In this document: positions 49,923-64,000 of the stretch, one piece after another | Numbering within the stretch: the stretch's first letter is position 1 | How the letters are laid out: each line of letters begins with the position of its first letter | Origin: Octopus vulgaris | Taxonomy: Eukaryota | Length of the DNA: 64,000 nt | Assembly (NCBI GenBank): GCA_951406725.2 | Contig: OX597818.1 | Location: forward strand, 30,442,001-30,506,000 | Direction: 5' to 3' | The notes under the pieces: generated by a model | The model's input: the letters and a program-made list of their open reading frames with translations, nothing else | Databases searched by the model: none | Told to the model about the DNA's origin: nothing | Made by a program: the position numbers and the translations under genes

Positions 49923-50708
49923 TATGTGGCGAGAATGGATGAAGATAGGTGTGTGAAAAAGTGCCAATCCCTAGCAGTTGAGGGAACCTGTGGAAGAGGT
50001 AGACCCAGGAAAACCTGGGACGAGGTGGTGAAGCACGACCTTTGAACTTTAGGCTTCACTGAAGAAATGACCAGCGACCGAGACCTTTGGAAATATGCTG
50101 TGCGTGAGAAGACCAGGCTGGACAAGTGAGTCCAGCCCACTTATGCATGCCTTTCCTCCCTTGGACACACAAAGACCTGTTGAGGCAAGCGAAGTCGATA
50201 TCGAACCTCATCCGACGACAGGCACCCATGCCGACCCCCTTTGCTTGCGAAGACCTGTTGGGGCAAGTGAAATCGGAATCGAAATTGAACCAATCCTATG
50301 ACTGGCACCCGGCAGATGCCCTGGACTGGTGGTACGTAAAAAGCAGTATCCAAATCGTGGCCGATGCCAGCGCCGCCTCGACTGGCTTCCGTGCCGGTGG
50401 CACGTAAAAAGCACTATCCGAATCGTGGCCGATGCCAGTGCTGCCTTGACTGGCTTCCGTGCCAGTGGCACGTAAAATGCACCAATCTGACCGTGGCCGT
50501 TGTCAGCCTCGCCTGGCACCTGTGCAGGTGGCACGTAAAAAGCACCCACTACACTCACGGAGTGGTTGGCGTTAGGAAGGGCATCAAGCTATAGAAACAT
50601 TGCCAGATAAGACTGGAGCCTGGTGCAGCCTTCTGGCTTCCCAGATCCCCGGTCGAACCGTCCAACCCATGCTAGCATGGAGAACGGACGTTAGCGATGA
50701 TGATGATA
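49923..50708 (+). mobile_element. RTE LINE 3' end
   Basis: Homologous to 36221-37111. Confidence 0.9.
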
Positions 50709-51549
50709 CATGCACCAAAGTGCATCATCATCGTCATTTAATGTCTTCTGTACTTGCATGGGTTGGATGTTACAGTAGGATCCAGTGATTTACTGGATTG
50801 TAATCAAGTTTGGCACGGTTTCTGTGGCTGGTTTTCCTTCCTTAATACCAACCTCTTTACAGAGTGTACTGCATGCTTTTTGGTACCAAAGTGTGTCGTT
50901 GTCATCAGCAGCATCTAACATCCATTGTCCATGCTGGCATGGGTTGAATGGTTTAACTGGGCTGGCACACTGCAAGGCTGTACCAGACTCCAGTCTGGTT
51001 TGGCATGGTTTTCTGTGGCTGGATGCCCTTTTTAATGCCAACCACTCTGAGAGTGCAGCAGGTGTGTTTACATGCCACTGACACAGGTGCTAGTTTGCGT
51101 AATACAGGTATATGCCATGACTGCGATTTTGCTCAGCTTGAGGGGTCTTCTCAAGCATTACAAAATGCCAAAGGTCTTGGTCATTGCCTCCATGTGGCCC
51201 AATACGCGAAAGGAACTCAGCCACTTTACCTCCATGAGGCCTGATGCTCGAAAGGAGCTCAGCCACCTTGCCTCTGTGTGGCCCAAAACTCGAAAGGAAC
51301 TCAGTTACTTTGCCTCCGTGTGTTTATATTTTACAAGGGACATTACTATATCTTCATTGAAGAATGTTTTGGATGTCTCTGTTTATGGAAACATTGCAGG
51401 TTTAATTTAAGGTGTCTAGGTTGCATGAAGATGATGTGTGTGTACATAAGGTTAATGAAGAGTAAAAATGGTCTCTGCATAGTAGTGAGCATTGTTACAG
51501 GTGGTAGCAAGTAGCTTGTATTGGAGAGAGAGTGGGGAGGGGACATATG

Positions 51550-52030
51550 TAAACATTGGGTATAATTATAAAGTTCAAAGTTCAGTGAAATTGCTTTTGC
51601 TAAAGTTATAGGGTCACTGGCAGGACATAGTAGAGAACAAGTTCTTGGTAGATCTTGTTATACAGAAGATGTACAAGTAATGTTGTCACTGAGGGGAGAA
51701 AAGTGTTGGAGAAGATGATAGTTAAATTTCCATTGCCTTTTAAATATTGAAAATTAGTGATTTGTCAAGATTAGCAGGGTCAGTGAGGTTATCTTTTTTT
51801 GTGAATAGGACACACTGTAGCATGTTTCCAATGACTGGGATAGATCCCTATAGAGAGAGGATTGAAGAGTTTGGCATAGTCAGGGTTGAACTCTGGAGTG
51901 CACTGTTTGAGAGTTCTGGAAAGGACAGTATCATGGCCAGTGGTGTTGGTTTTAAGCAGTAGTGTTTCCACAGACATATAATAATAGGTATTTGAGCTTG
52001 GCTTTTCTAGCCTTTCTAAAGGTTGTAGTG
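51550..52030 (-). mobile_element. CR1/Jockey-group RT fragment
   Basis: TGHD..LKQCTPE...AKLF...GIYPSHWKHATVCPIHKK. Confidence 0.65.
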
Positions 52031-53971
52031 TGTGATTTGAGGAAAATTTGGCTGCTATTTCTCACAAGTCAAACAATCAAGTATAAACTCCCTGATTGAC
52101 TAGCTGACACACAAAGCATATCATATCTGTATAGCCGTCTTTATTTTGTTGTTTATTACTTCTGCTGACAACTGTACAGGTTAAAGGATGGTGCATAATG
52201 ACTACAATATATTTATAGCAGAGGAAGACATAGAAACAGATGGTTAGAGCATTGTCATAGGAAATGAAAATGGATATTAAAACAATGACTTGACTGTCAA
52301 ACTGGGAGCAATGATTTGACTGCCAAATTGGAAGTGGTCCATTACTAAACTCATTTAGTCATCCTTTCTATTTATGCATGTTATTTTTGCTAGTTTATAT
52401 AATTCAATCTATCTATCTAGGTTGTCGAGATTTAATTCCAAAAAACATGTTAATTTGATTAACTAAGTTTATGATAAAAGTTTCTCTATAACTTGATTAT
52501 TGTATGTTTCAATGATTTACTGCTCATGCTATTTCATTTATAACTGTTGAATGTCAGAAAAGGATTTTGTTAATTCTCAAATTATTTAAAAAAATTTTGC
52601 CATTATAGAAAATGTTTTACTCAGTACTTGGTTTATTATACACCAATCATTAATATATTTTTCTGTTCTATTATTGGTTTTAGTCATTGGATTGTGCCTA
52701 TTTTGGAGCACCACCTTCTTGAGTTTTAAGCTATTAGACTGATCTGATGTTTATTCATTAAATGGCTAAATATATTTGAGTTGCATCTTTTCAAAAGTTT
52801 CTTCTTGGCTTAAATGCCACTAGGTTTGACTCTGGTGTACACACAGATCTGCATAGTTTCTCTCCACTAAATTCTGCTGATGGAATATTTGTCAATCTGA
52901 AAATGTGGTAGCATGATACTTGCCTGACATATTCTGCAATGAGATTCAACTCAAAGACAAACTTTTTCACAACAGCTATTTTAATAATATTAACTAATTA
53001 GATACAATTTTTTTGTTTTTTCTGCAGTAATACTAATGATTGAAGTTTTAGAATTATTACTATGATTGATTGATTGATTGATTCTAGTTTCAGCTTATGA
53101 GCTGTGGCCATGCTGGAAGCTTCTATCAAAATCATACACTTCAGATACCATATTGGTTTATATAAGGTTATTTATCATTACAGTGTAATAACTCTTAGAA
53201 AAAGCTCTTTAAAGAGGGTTAGTTTGTGGGATCAACATAGGAGAATTTATTAGTATTCTTTCTAGTACATTACACTTTTGGTGGTTAGGGAGGTAAACAC
53301 TGTTTAATAGTTGATGTATGTGATTTTTGTTTATTATCAGAACAGGGGGACAGTCTTTCTTGTGCCACTGGCATGATACAATGCACCCAATTCACTCTAT
53401 AAAGTGGTTGGTGATAGGAAGGGCTTCAGCTATAAAAGAAAAAACTTTTTTAAATAGTGAAGGAATAAATGTAAGGATTGTAGACTCTGCATGCCACAGT
53501 AAGAGCAAGAATAGAAGGGCTTCTATTGTCTTTCTGCAGACAACCTCTCTGGTGCTGGTGGCAGTTTGATTAAATGTGCTCTGATCTTGCTCTATAATGT
53601 TATGATAGAAATGATATCCAGCAACAAACATTATGCCAATAAAAGGAATGAACAAACTGAGGAAACATGAAATTCTCAACTTACACTGCAGGCAACCCAT
53701 TTTGGATAATAGTAACTCTAAATAAAAACTTGATACAGAGTAGAGAGGACTCATAATAGTGATGTAAAAGGTTTTCATTTGTCCTCAGAGTAAAGGAGGT
53801 CTCTTTAATCTTAATAGACAAACTTTTTAGTGTTGGTGATAGTACAGTGGGGCAGAGAGGACGGACGTTTTTGAAATGGCTATTACTCAGCCCCAGGAGG
53901 AGGGTCATATGTCCGACAGGTACCATTCAATCCGTGGTATCTTAGCATTTTTTTACTTTTCAAGTGAGGCC

Positions 53972-54150
53972 ATGACACTGTGGATGATAGAGCATTGCAT
54001 GTTTGTCTACGACAATTACGTGTAGAATAATGAGTCTGTCACAGCAGTTCAGCACGAGTTTTGGCACCACTGAAATCCGGTTGTTCCCACCTGTCACATG
54101 GTCTTAGGTTGGGTGAATGCACTTCGTACATGGAGTACACTAATGAAAAG
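53972..54150 (+). pseudogene. Tc1/mariner transposase N-terminal (DUF4817-like) remnant
   Basis: MTLWMIEHCMFVYDNYV*NNESVTAVQHEFWHH. Confidence 0.55.
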
Positions 54151-55782
54151 GTGAATGTGCTTCATATACATGGTACACTAATGAATCCAGTCCATGTTTT
54201 AAAGTATTTGATTTCAAGAAGGATATTCAGTAATAATCCACCTATAGAAAACAAAGTTTATATTCTTAGCTACAGTGTGTACCAAGTGATGAGGGTCTGT
54301 GAGAATCATCCAACCCATGCCAACCAAGGAAAAAAAAAAACACATTAAATAATGATGATCACTTTCTACTCCTTGTTTTTGTTGTTTAACTTTGATTGAG
54401 CAAACCTATGAGTGTCCCATAATTTTCATATGCAGTCATATCTAGAACTACATTATTCAGTGAATGCTTACTTTTTTAAGATGAGAGAGTATGATTTGAG
54501 GACATTTTGCGCTATGTTTGCTGGTCACTTTACCATGAAGTGTCTCCCTTGTGTGTTTGCCCAGTGCCTTAATGATGGCTTAAAAAATATTTATTTACCT
54601 TAAGAGTGTATTAGGTGACTTTGCAACAACTATTACATTGGTAGCACAGTCTGACCACTCCATATCCAAATGAAGGAGCACTTCACTATCTCTCTTCCAC
54701 AAGCACTTAATCAAGTGCAGCAAAATCGCCAAAGAGATAGATGCCTCCATACCAGTCTCAGAGAGGAACACAGGAAATCTTCATATCAAGGAAGCTATAC
54801 TGATTCACTGCCTCAACCTGAAGAATCTACAGTTGATCGAATACATCGTGGTGACTATGACGAACACCATCTTCTACCATGATCATTTGTAAAACTTTCT
54901 GCATTGTTAGAAGCTTCCTTTATTTCTCTTTCATATGTATACATATGTTTATAACTCACATACACCAAACAATGGGCTTTTTTCTTTTTCCATCTACCAA
55001 ATTTACTTACAATCTCTTATTTTCCACCAGTTATGTGAACCATGCAATCTAATGCTTTGGTTGACCCGGAGTCATAGTAGAAGACACATAGTGGGTCTGA
55101 ACCTAAGACCACATGATTAGGAAACAAACTTAACAACGGACATATCTGCACTTAATATAAAGTATAATAAATAAATGAGAAGCAATTTTCTCTTGAATAT
55201 CTTTCACAGATACCATTTCCAGTTCATCTAGTACTAGATACAAATGGATTAATGAAATGAGGCATGGAATAAATTGCACTGTGTATAAATCTAATGAAAA
55301 TGATTAGTTTTTGAGTAAATGATATATGCACTACAAAATTATTAGATTTTGAAATGAAGAATTGGTAACAGACATTTGGTTTAAAAAGCATTAGATAGGA
55401 TGGTTCATATAATTCGTGGAAATGGATTATTACAAGAGTGGAGTGCATGACCCTGCAGTTTAAAAGAAAACAGAACTTATAGGCTTTTCTTTCTCTTTTA
55501 ATGGTGTCTTTGCAACATTTATATTTGGTAAGGAAATACTTTTAGTTGTTTCCAATAGAAATACTTAAAGCTCTCATAAATCTATTTTAATAGTTGTTTT
55601 ACCTTTCACAATATGTTTCACCATCTGATTAAATAAACAGATTTTTTTTTTTAATTAGGCATTAGATGTGCATAATTTTATTTCTAAATACAAAGAAATT
55701 TAACCATCAAAGTTCTCTAACCTTTTTAAGGTAACATTTGAAAGTTACTTGATAAACCATATTTATATTTCTTCATTTAAAC

Positions 55783-56081
55783 CAGTAGTACTCAACAGGG
55801 ATCCATGTGGCCCTTAAGGGTCCATATGAGATTTTGTTAAAATCTTTGTGCAAAAAGTGGTTATACTTCTGCTATACACAAAATATTAAAAAAATTTTTT
55901 AGCTGGTGCTCCACCATGGCCACAGTCAAATGACTGTAACAAGTAAAAGAATACAATTCCTAATAATATATAATTATAAAAATATAATAGGATTTTTTAA
56001 ACATCAAATGGCTATGAGGGTCCATCTGAATAAAGTAAGAATCAAAGGGATCTGTATGTAAAAAATGGTTGACAGTCACCG
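55783..56081. mobile_element. hAT (Charlie-like) MITE
   Basis: Perfect 8-bp TSD ATTTAAAC (55775-82 / 56082-89); degenerate CAGT..TCAAC TIRs. Confidence 0.7.
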
Positions 56082-56523
56082 ATTTAAACAATTAGATTAT
56101 TGAAATGGAGGATTGCTTTTATGTAAAACAAATTTCAGAGAAACATAACCTGAATTGTTTCAATAATTTATTTTTTATTCTTTTACATTGTAAAGTGAGA
56201 CAGATGTAGTTAATCTATATCTATAAAAGAGAGTTTGTGTGTGTATGCTCCTTATCCATTCCAAAACTGAGTTGCCGATTTTGACCTAAGGGGTATCAAC
56301 AGATTCAGTAAGCTTTTAGCTACCAACTAAACTATATTTTCATTTACATTACAAAAATTTAACATTATCATTTTTCTTTTAGTCACCAATCGTAAACAAC
56401 ATTTTATATCACCACCAAATGACGATGACGTCACATTTTCTATATAAGTGTGTTCGCATGTTTGTTACCTATGTTAGGCCAATGACTGACAAGTATATGT
56501 GTGTGACGGTGTATGTGTCTGTC

Positions 56524-56900
56524 AGTGGTAAATAGCTTGCTTACCAATCACATGGTTCCGGGTTCAGTCCCACTGCGTGGCACCTTGGGCAAGTGTCTTC
56601 TACTATAGCCTTGGGCCGACCAAAGCCTTGTGAGTGGATTTGGTAGACGGAAACCGAAAGAAGCCTGTTGTATATATGTATGTTTGTGTGTCTGTGTTTG
56701 CCCCCCCCCCCCCCACCCCCCCAACATCACTTGACAACCGATGCTGGTGTGTTTACGTCCCTGCAACTTAGCGGTTCGCTAAAAGAGACCGATAGAATAA
56801 ATACTAGGCTTACAAAGAATAAGTCCTGGAGTTGATTTGCTCGACTAAAGGCGGTGCTCCAGCATGGCCACAGTCAAATGACTGAAACAAGTAAAAGAGT
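56524..56900 (+). mobile_element. SINE family A
   Basis: Homologous to 24721-25128. Confidence 0.85.
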
Positions 56901-58057
56901 ATATGAATTTATTCAAATACCTGAAATTGCAGAACTTAAGCTTCAGTTATTTCCTAAATTAGTACAGTTAAGACAGTAATTAATATACTTGTTGAATGGA
57001 CTTTGTAAGTCATTGATTGGTGAGGAATGTGTTTATTTGCTGAAAAAAAACAGGTACAAAATTTTATATAATCTAAAATAGCCATCCCTAAAAATATCAC
57101 TGAAAGTGAAGTTAAAAACGGCAAGTCTTTGTAAAGAAAAGATACTCTGACAAACTGAACATTCTACGTGCTACATATTTTGAAAAGATTGACATGTGCT
57201 GTCCACTTGTATGATTATTTAGAGGTTGTAGTTACACATTTTAATGGTCAAATAGGGAATTTTGTTGATTGATGGCTTTGTATCCAATGAAGCAAGAATA
57301 AATTATTCATATCTAATGTGTAATTATGATTTCTGATCTGTATTTGAATCGATCATTCTGATAGGTCTGAACTCATCAAACCTGTTAGACTTGCTGATTT
57401 TGTGGATATGTCAAAACGTTGTGTCTGATAGCTGAGATCATGTTAGAACTGCTAATTTCTTTCATCACATATATCAGATTTTCTTGAGCCCAGACCTAAT
57501 CATTTACTTGACTACATAGTATTCTGAATTAAAAGTTCTTCGTGATAACTGATATTCTAGAATTTCCTGATTTTTGCCAGCCACAGTAACTTAAGAGGTT
57601 GTTATTTATTTTAATTAGTTTCATACAGTCAGAACCATTAGAAAATCTGCTACTGCTGATGGTGAACCCTTCTACATTCATAATGTTTATGATTACAGAA
57701 GGTGAATGAATAAAACGTGTGCTTAGTAATAAACAAGGTGTAAGTTAAACATAAGAAAACAAGATTTAAATGCGTTGCTGAGTCAAGATGATTGAAGATG
57801 TTATCAGTAAACTGATAGTGTATTTAACAAGAACTAGCACATACAACTAGCTGGCATTCAATTGGCGTATCAAGCTTCAGGCATTTTGATTGGGTTTTGG
57901 ATATAAAAAAAAAAAAAAGTCACTTCTATTGATTTTTAAATGGCTTTGCGGGGTGACTGGGGAAATGTAAAGATATGCACGACCACCCTTGGACAGTTTT
58001 GAATGACCATAGAAAGTGCAAGCCCTCTAACTGAAAAATTGTGGATTTGTATAAAGG

Positions 58058-58390
58058 ACTGGCTTCCGTGTCGGTGACACGTAAAAAGCACCATCCGAAT
58101 CGTGGCCAAAGCCAGTGCCGCCTCGACTGGCTTCCGTGCAGGTGGCACGTAAAATGCACCAATCCGACTGTGGCCGATGCCAGCCTTGCCTGGCACCAGT
58201 GCAGGTGGCACGTAAAAAGCACCCACTACACTCACGGAGTGGTTGGCGTTAGGAAGGGCATCCAGCTGTAGAAACATTGCCAGATAAGACCGGAGCCTGG
58301 TGCAGCCTTCTGGCTTCCCAGATCCCTGGTCGAACCGTCCAACCCATGCTAAAATGGAGAACGGACGTTAAACGATGATGATGATGATGA
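58058..58390 (+). mobile_element. RTE LINE 3' UTR and tail
   Basis: Close match to 50380-50708. Confidence 0.88.
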
Positions 58391-58950
58391 CACACACACA
58401 GACATTTTGACGTTTATTTATAGGGAGATATGTAATACAGGGTTAACATTACTTGAATTTCTTCGTTAGTTGTTTTTTATTAGTAAACAATCGTAAAACT
58501 AGTAAACATTTGTATGATTTTTTTTGTTTTGACATTTGTGTATTATTGGAATAATTGCTTTTACAGTTGCTCTTTTGACTACAAAACACTAATCAGTAAT
58601 GTAAGAGTGGAAGGTGTTTATTAGCTTGATTGACTGATACAAATAGATTTATTTATATACCTTGTCAAGAAACATAACACAGTGACCCTAGTAGTGTAGT
58701 TTGAACCCACAGCCTTCAGATTTTGGATTTTTATTGTATTCCTTTGACTTACCGTCCTCAGAAGTGCATGCATAGTGCCTTTTTAAGAAATTCACTTCAT
58801 AATCACATGGTTTTGGTTTCAGTTTCACTGCATGGCATCTTGGGCTAGTGTCCTATTTTAAACTCAGGATTCAACCAGTTTTGAAAATGGATTTGGTAGA
58901 TCAAAACTGAAACAAGCCTATTGTATACACACATACCCCACAACTCTTCT

Positions 58951-59185
58951 TCCTATTTCTTTATTGCCCACAGGGGGCTAAACATAGAAGGGACAAACAA
59001 GGACAGACAAAGGGATTAAGTCAATTACATCGACTCCAGTGCATAACTGGTACTTAATTTTATTGACCCCGAAAGGATGAAAGGCAAAGTCGACCTCGGT
59101 GGAATTTCAACTCAGAACGTAACAGCAGACGAAATACCACTAAGCATTTCGTCTGGCGCGCTAATGTTTCTGCCAGCTCGCTGCC
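58951..59185 (-). mobile_element. SINE family B
   Basis: Homologous to 4286-4517. Confidence 0.85.
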
Positions 59186-60289
59186 ACAACTCATCTTCCT
59201 AACCCTCCCCTTCCCCCACCCTTGTTCACTCACTATCTCCCACTCACCTTTCGCTCCCTTGCATACCTATCTACTTATAACATGTCTGATGAGTCTTTCT
59301 CATCTGCAACATATCTTTCCAACATCCCCTCCCACTCTCCTTTTGTAATTTTATGAACTTGCCTGTTTATTCACTTTATCCACCCACGTCCCGTACTACT
59401 TCATTTGACTCCTCTCTCTCTAACTAGAATAGCCTTGTATCTCCTCTACAGCAAAATACCCTATTTCTGTCCCATCATACTCTAACCTGACACAAAACCA
59501 CCTCTCTCAGTACTATTCCCTACTCAGTTGAGGGGGTCTTATCTTTCCAGTTACTTGATGACTTCACTGCTGCTAGTGCCAGGTAAAAGGCACTCAGTAC
59601 ACTCTGTAAAGTGGTTTGTATTAGGAAGGGAATCCAACCATAGCAACTATGCCAATGCAGTAGGAGGAGTTTAGCATAGTCTTCTGATTGGCCATCTCCT
59701 GTCCAACCTATGCCAGCATAGATGGAGGATGTTGAATGATAATATAATAATATATATGTATTTGTATATCTTGTGTGTCTGTGTCTCCTTGTCTTGACAT
59801 CACATACTAAATATAAACAAACATTACCATTATAGTGTTGTTTATGCTCTAAGAATTAGAGAAAATACGACCTTGCCTGGAAACAGGTGAAGGTTGGTAA
59901 CAGGAAGAGCATCCAGCCATAGAAAATTTGTCTCAGTGAATTTCATCTGACCCCCTACAAGCATGGGAATGTGAACACTAAAACAAGGATGATGGTGGTG
60001 GCAGTGGTGTAATAGTAGTGGTGGTGATGGTGTTTATTACATGTCAGTGATTTTTGTAACTATGTTAGGATTCAATGAGAATATACTAAAGAATCATTGC
60101 AATAAGAATATCCTTGTGAATCAGCAAGTTCAAATTAGAACACTGATGCTTAAGTACATTCTCATTGCATTGATTATGGCAGGTTGAGAGCATGTCTTGA
60201 TAGAAATTAAAGTATGATAAAGCGGGTAGAACTAAATGAGGTAAACTGCATGGCATGGTGGTCTGACAATGATACTCTTAGGACAAAAT

Positions 60290-60670
60290 ACTGGTTTCAA
60301 ATTTTGGTACAGGGCCAGTAATTTTAGGGGAAGAGTAAGTCAGTTACATCAACTCCAGTATTCAGCTGGTGCTTATTTCATTGACCCTAAAGGGATGAAA
60401 GGCAAAGTGAACCTCAGCAGAATTTGAACTCAGCACGTGAAGACAAATGAAATACCTATTTCTTTACTACCTTCAAGGGGCTAAACACAGAGAAAATGGA
60501 TTAAGTCGATTATATCGACCCCAGTGCGTAACTGGTACTTATTTAATCGACCCCGAAAGGATGAAAAGCAAAGTCGACCTCGGTGGAATTTGAACTCAGA
60601 ACGTAAGGGCAGACGAAATACGGCTATGCATTTCGCCCGGCATACTAACGATTCTGCCAGCTCGCCGCCT
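60290..60670 (-). mobile_element. Two nested/tandem SINE family B copies with different tails
   Basis: Core gaccc..aaaggatgaaa.gcaaagt occurs at about 60383 and 60549. Confidence 0.75.
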
Positions 60671-61329
60671 TTACTTGAGACAAAATATTGATCATTCAGA
60701 ATAATTTGACCTCTTTTTACTTTCTATAAATGGATGTAAAGTCATGAAAACTTTAGTCTAATTTATCTGAAACTAATTTAGGTTTCAGCTTAATGTATTG
60801 CCAGTCACACTTTGTTATATATGTTTTTTATCTTCTTAGTTAATTATGAAGTGTGACGATCTAAATCTCTTCTATTGTTATTATTATTATTTTTTCTTTG
60901 GATATTTCATGACTTTGTACTGTATCACTAAGTTCACAACTCTGTTTATGAGATGTGTGCAGCATAGTACTTATTTTCGTTGGGATTGGGGTGAGGTGCA
61001 GACTTCTGTTAATGTATTACATCAGTTTGTTTTGTCATGAGGTTTAGTTTCTTGTTTCATTAGTGTTTGCTCTGTTGTGTGTGGTCTGTGTAATGTGTTA
61101 TTGGATCTTAATTTTGTATATATTGCACAAGTTGTGTTGTTTTAGATTATTATATGCTTATTGTATAGGATGTTTTGCATGTGAAGATTGAGCATTGATA
61201 GTGTCTTGCACAAGATGCAAGTTTTTTGTAGTAGAGCTATTTTTTGGACAGTGTGTAGTGTTGTGCACCCATCTATATTTATTATTATTCATGCATGCTC
61301 AAATGTTTTGCATTCAGAATCAATGTCCT

Positions 61330-61530
61330 TGATACCAGATCACAACCATTTTCCTTAGATATCAAGGACCTTTCTTACAATCCCTGCTGTTCCTAATACA
61401 GCAGATTTCTGACTTAATGCAACTCTGGTAGTTACACCAATCTCAATAAGAGAACTGATAAGTCTTTTGATGGTGATGCCTAGGGCACCTATAATAACTG
61501 GGACTACTTTTGTAGAAACACTCAGCACGC
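61330..61530 (-). mobile_element. R4/Dong-clade LINE C-terminus
   Basis: VVPVIIGALG...QKSAVLGTAGIVRKVL*. A related restriction-like endonuclease remnant (EKIEKYQDIAREL) lies at about 62010-62270. Confidence 0.75.
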
Positions 61531-62285
61531 TGAGCAAAATGCTTCGTAGCACTTTTTCTGGCTTTATGTTCTGAGTTCAAATTCTGCTGGCTTTGCCTTT
61601 CATTCTTTCAAGTTGATAAAATAAGTACCAGTTGAGTACTGGTATGTAATCAACTAGCCCACTTTTCCCAAAATTCCAGGCTTTGTACCTATAGTAGAAA
61701 AGATTATTATTGTTATTGTTGTTCAAAACAGTGAACTGATTGAATTGGTTGGTAGAACATTGGTCAAAATGCATAATGATATTTGCTTTGGCTTTTTAAG
61801 TTCCAAGTTCAGATTCCACCAAATGAGATTTGATAAAAATAAAGTACCAATCAAATACTGAAGCTGATGGTACCAACTAATACTCCTCCCCCAAATTTCG
61901 GGTACCTATATTAGAAATAGCTACTATTATTGAGCTGGTACATCAGGCCTTGTGCCTATGGTAGAAAAGATTATTAAGCTAGTACATGCTAATTTAATTA
62001 GCAGGAATTTTATCTTGAGGTCTCCTCATATCTCAATTTTTCTTAGGATTCTTGTAGAATATAGGTTGGCACATTTCTGTAGGTTGACAGTGCAAGTCTC
62101 AATTCCAGTCTCTTAGATAACATTTTGTGTGTTGTGCCAAGTGTACTAATTACCACAGGAATAATTGTCCTAGTCTTCTACAGACTCATCAGCTCTCTGG
62201 CTATATCCTGATATTTCTCAATTTTTTCAATTTATCTGGTGTTGACTCTGTTATCATAGGTTATCATATTCTGTAATCATAGGAA

Positions 62286-63238
62286 ATGGGGAAAACCTAG
62301 AAGTAGCTGATAGCTTCCATTACCTAGGTGACCAAGTCAGTAGCAGGGGTGGATGCTCTGAGAGCGTAACTGCTAGAATAAGAATAGCCTGGGCAAAGTT
62401 CAGAGAGCTCCTACTTCTGCTGGTAACGAAGGGCCTCTCGTGCAGGATGAAAGGTAGACTGTATGATGCATGTGTGTGAACAGCCATGTTACACACCAGT
62501 GAAACACTGGCTGTGACTGCTGAGGACATGCGTAAGCTTGTAAGAAATGAAGCTAGTATGCTCCGCTGGATGTGTAATATCAGTGTGCATACACGACAGA
62601 GTGTAAGTGGCCTGAGAGAGTTGGACATGAGATGTGGTGTACAAGAGAGATGATTGCGCTGGTATGGTCATGTGTTACATATGAATTAGGACAGCTGTGT
62701 GAAAAAGTGTCACACCCTAACAGTGGAGGGATCTTGTGGAAGAGGTAGACCCAGGAAAACCTGGGACGAGGTGGTGAAGCACGACCTTCGAACATTGGTC
62801 CTCAAAGAGTCAATGACAAAAGACTGAGTCCTTTGGACATATGCTGTGCTTGAGAAGACCCGACAAAACCAAATGAGACTGTAGCCACGGCCTATGCTAG
62901 TGTCTCAGAACCAGTCCATTCAAGAGCACCTTTCAGTCATTGAGCAATATGCTGTGCTTGAGAAGACCTGTTGAGTCAAGTAAAATCATTGTCGTGGTTC
63001 CTATGCCAGTGGAATGTAAAGAGAAACATACAGCGTGGTTGACTGGCTCCCGTGCCAGTGGCATGTAAAAAGTACCCACTACACTCCTGAAGTGGTTGGC
63101 GTTAGGAAGGTCTCTACAGCTATCTAGAATCAATGCCAGATCAGATTGGAGCCTGGTGCATTCTCCAGGTTTGCCAGTCCTCAATCAAACCGTCCAACCC
63201 ATGCCAGCTTGGAAAGCGGACAATAAACGATGATGATG
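62286..63238 (+). mobile_element. RTE LINE 3' portion
   Basis: Homologous to 35826-37111 with stops. Confidence 0.9.
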
Positions 63239-63634
63239 AAGTTAAGGGTAATTAACTTGTTGAATTGGTAGATCATTGAACAAAATGCCTTGCAATATTT
63301 GTTCTGGCTCTTTAAGTTCAGAGTTCAAATCTTTCCAACTGAGCCTTTTCTTTTATCCTTATGGCATCAACAAAGTAGAGTACAAGTCAGGGTCTGGGTC
63401 ATTTTAATCGACTATCTCCTTTCCCCAAATTTCAGATCTTGTGCCTCTGTTAGAAATGGTTTATTATTCTTGTTGTTAATGGGTAACTTTGGTCAACGTG
63501 CCTCAGGAACAGAGGTTACAAAAATGTCTGAAACTAAATGGCATATAGTTATCTAAACATAAACTTTTATAATTGTGAAAAATATTGTAAATAAATTGTA
63601 AATATATATAACATATTTCTAAATATTGTACATA

Positions 63635-64000
63635 GGCGCAGGAGTGGCTGTGTGGTAAGTAGCTTGTTTACCAACCACATGATTCCGGGTTCAGTCCCAC
63701 TGCGTGGCACCTTGGGTGTCTTCTACTATAGCCTCGGGCCGACCAAAGCTTTGTGAGTGGATTTGGTAGACGGAAACTGAAAGAAGCCCGTCGTATATAT
63801 GTATATATATATATGTATGTGTGCGTGTATGTTTGTGTGTCTGTGTTTGTCTCCCTAGCATTGCTTGACAACCGATGCTGGTGTGTTTATGTCCCCATCA
63901 CTTAGCGGTTTGGCAAAAGAGACCGATAGAATAAGTACTGGGCTTACAAAGAATAAGTCCCGGGGTCGAGTTGCTCGATTAAAGGCGGTGCTCCAGCATG
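63635..64000 (+). mobile_element. SINE family A (runs off the window)
   Basis: Homologous to 24721-25080. Confidence 0.85.

Noticed and set aside
57629-57739. Possible plus-strand exon (catacAG acceptor; donors at 57702 or 57740)
   Set aside because: No recognisable peptide; all frames stop before the stronger donor.

Overview
AT-rich, repeat-dense animal genomic DNA, not prokaryotic. The SINE, RTE-LINE and Penelope repertoire plus the (TA)n/(CA)n/(GAT)n microsatellites look like an Octopus genome (inference). The window is mostly intronic. The one protein-coding gene I can reconstruct is on the minus strand: an LRRC56 (ODA8-like ciliary LRR protein) orthologue with five phase-consistent coding exons (38740-38594, 34497-34349, 20849-20670, 7966-7852, 5429-5240; 260 codons, continuing past the left edge). 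Its likely promoter at about 47.2 kb carries RFX X-box motifs and may be shared with a divergent plus-strand gene (ATGGCGAAG|GT at 47668). The rest is mobile DNA: RTE, R4/Dong, Hero-like and CR1-like LINE remnants, tRNA-derived SINEs with shuffled heads and tails, a Neptune-type Penelope element, mariner remnants, piggyBac/hAT/Tc1 MITEs and Helitrons. The most notable non-coding signals are (1) a cluster of type I hammerhead ribozyme motifs, including a 432-bp non-coding retrozyme/pLTR-like unit in tandem plus inverted arrangement at 18664-19534, (2) two minimal, dimer-dependent hammerhead variants sense to the LRRC56 pre-mRNA, and (3) a ~160-nt fold-back hairpin over the branch-point region of an LRRC56 exon. 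All structures were read by eye; none were computed.
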